Source: Eledone cirrhosa
Taxonomy: Eukaryota
DNA length: 64,000 nucleotides
Reading direction: 5' to 3'
Assembly: GCA_964016885.1 (NCBI GenBank)
Contig: OZ024745.1
Span: 129,146,001-129,210,000, forward strand
Shown here: positions 62,454 to 64,000 of the stretch, piece by piece
Position numbering within the stretch: the stretch's first letter is position 1
Layout of the letters: the number at the start of each line of letters is the position of its first letter
Position numbers and translations under genes: made by a program
Notes under the pieces: generated by a model
The model's input: only the letters and a program-made list of their open reading frames with translations
Told to the model about the DNA's origin: nothing
The model's database searches: none

Positions 62454-63029
62454 GTGTATGTATACGTACATACATATATGTATACATATATATATATATA
62501 TAAATATAAGTATGTATACGTACATACATATATGTATACAGACGTACACTATTATGTATATATATACATGCACACATATATATATATATATATGTACGTA
62601 TGGATTTACCGAACATTTATTATAATGCTCGGTGTGTTTGTAAACAAACAGCCTGAATTAAGCCGTACAGTGTTTAGCAACCATCGTTGCCCTTTCGGTA
62701 AATCCATACGTACATATATATATATGTGTGCATGTATGTATATATATACATACTACTGTACGTCTGTATACATATATGTATGTACGTATACATACTTATA
62801 TTTAAGTCACGGGAAAAAAAGCAACCTTAACGGTTGGAGTTTCCTGGATAATGGAGATAATATTTTATTGAGGGTAATACAAAGTTATGAGTGAGTATGC
62901 AAATTTACATACTCACTCATAACTTTGTATTACCCTCAATAAAATATTATCTCCATTATCCAGGAAACTCCAACCGTTAAGGTTCCCTTTTTTCCGGGTA
63001 TATCAATATTTATTTATAAAACAAATCTG

Positions 63030-63095
63030 TATTTTATCTGATGAAAGCGCACCATAATTTGCTTTGGTTGCCCTTGAAATATATATAATAAAATA
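63030..63095 (+). ncRNA. Minimal type I hammerhead ribozyme (family C)
   Basis: tattttat-CTGATGA-aagcgcacca..tggttgccctt-GAA-ATATATAT-A-ataaaata. Confidence 0.72.
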
Positions 63096-63130
63096 AATAT
63101 GGTTTTATAAATATAGTTTCCATTTATTAA

Positions 63131-63207
<77 letters not shown>

Positions 63208-63208
<1 letters not shown>

Positions 63209-63420
63209 GTTATTCCGGGTTGAATCGGAGGTAACCACAGTAAGTAAGGTACTAAATACATTGCAGAGTATAACAGTTTTAATATAGATGAGATTCTACA
63301 GGACTAGAACTGTTTCATTCTTTAGAAATCATCAGGAATCTCTTTATTTAATTTAGATATTCCTGATGATTTCTAAAGAATGAAACAATTCTAGTCCTGT
63401 AGAATCTCATCTATATTAAA

Positions 63421-63421
<1 letters not shown>
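63208..63421. mobile_element. Family B hammerhead-like foldback element; other copies at 13930-14115, 22725-22835, 25471-25635, 39703-39925 and 44177-44340
   Basis: Inverted arms 63277-63340 and 63357-63421 each carry CTGATGA-tttc..gaat-GAAACARTTCTAGTC-ctgtag, with a single extended tail and (TA)n/(CA)n flanks. Confidence 0.75.
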
Positions 63422-63506
<85 letters not shown>

Positions 63507-63647
63507 AGTTTATGTTGGTTGTATACCAACACCCTAGTATGCAGGCTGGAGCACTCGACGAAGTGCGCAGGCTGGTTTGGTTACTCCGGAGTAGTGTAAA
63601 ATAAAGTTAAATAAAAGTCAAATGATTAAAATTTAGCTTCGTTTATT

Positions 63648-63702
63648 ACTGCTATATATATTTCAGTGACAGCCATCTTTGGCTGTGACCTCTTCAGGCA
63701 GT
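63648..63702 (-). ncRNA. Minimal type I hammerhead ribozyme
   Basis: actgc-CTGAAGA-ggtcacagcca aaga tggctgtcact-GAA-ATATATAT-A-gcagt. Confidence 0.8.
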
Positions 63703-64000
63703 TTGAATTAGTATGGTATAGACAAGTACATATGTTGTTTAGGTGTATAATATTGTCAATACTCTGATATGCCCAGTTCCTTGTTGGGTTGTTAATTCAC
63801 TGAGGAACTGGAGTCATATATATGTGTGTGTGTGTGTGTGTATTTATATATATATACACACACATGTATACATATATATGTATATATATATATATATGTG
63901 TGTGTGTATATATATATATATTTATGTGTGTATATATATATATACACATATGTATATATACATATACTTTCTATTCTTCATCTCTCTCTCTCTCTCTCTC

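Overview
AT-rich eukaryotic (animal) non-coding DNA dominated by microsatellites and transposon relics. The SINE, RTE and Tx1 repertoire resembles that of octopus/cephalopod genomes; this is inferred from recognition, not from a search. No intact host protein-coding gene is supportable, and almost all listed ORFs are microsatellite translations. The coding relics are a 5'-truncated Neptune-type Penelope-like element (RT + GIY-YIG, 4815-6074), a Naiad-type GIY-YIG relic missed by the ORF track (about 61410-61765), a decayed R4/Dong-like RT-REL element (52017-54085, minus), and RTE and Tx1/L1 fragments. The most interesting signal is a set of several short non-coding element families embedded in (TA)n tracts. 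They carry minimal type I hammerhead ribozyme motifs (CTGANGA..GAAA..TH), often occur as head-to-head foldbacks whose arms share copy-specific variants, and share an ACTC..TTGAGTAC hairpin downstream of the ribozyme. They look like non-autonomous, microsatellite-targeted, ribozyme-processed Penelope-like retroelements. A second pattern is R4/Dong-like 3' ends nested in (TACA)n tracts, including the tails of RTE-derived elements.
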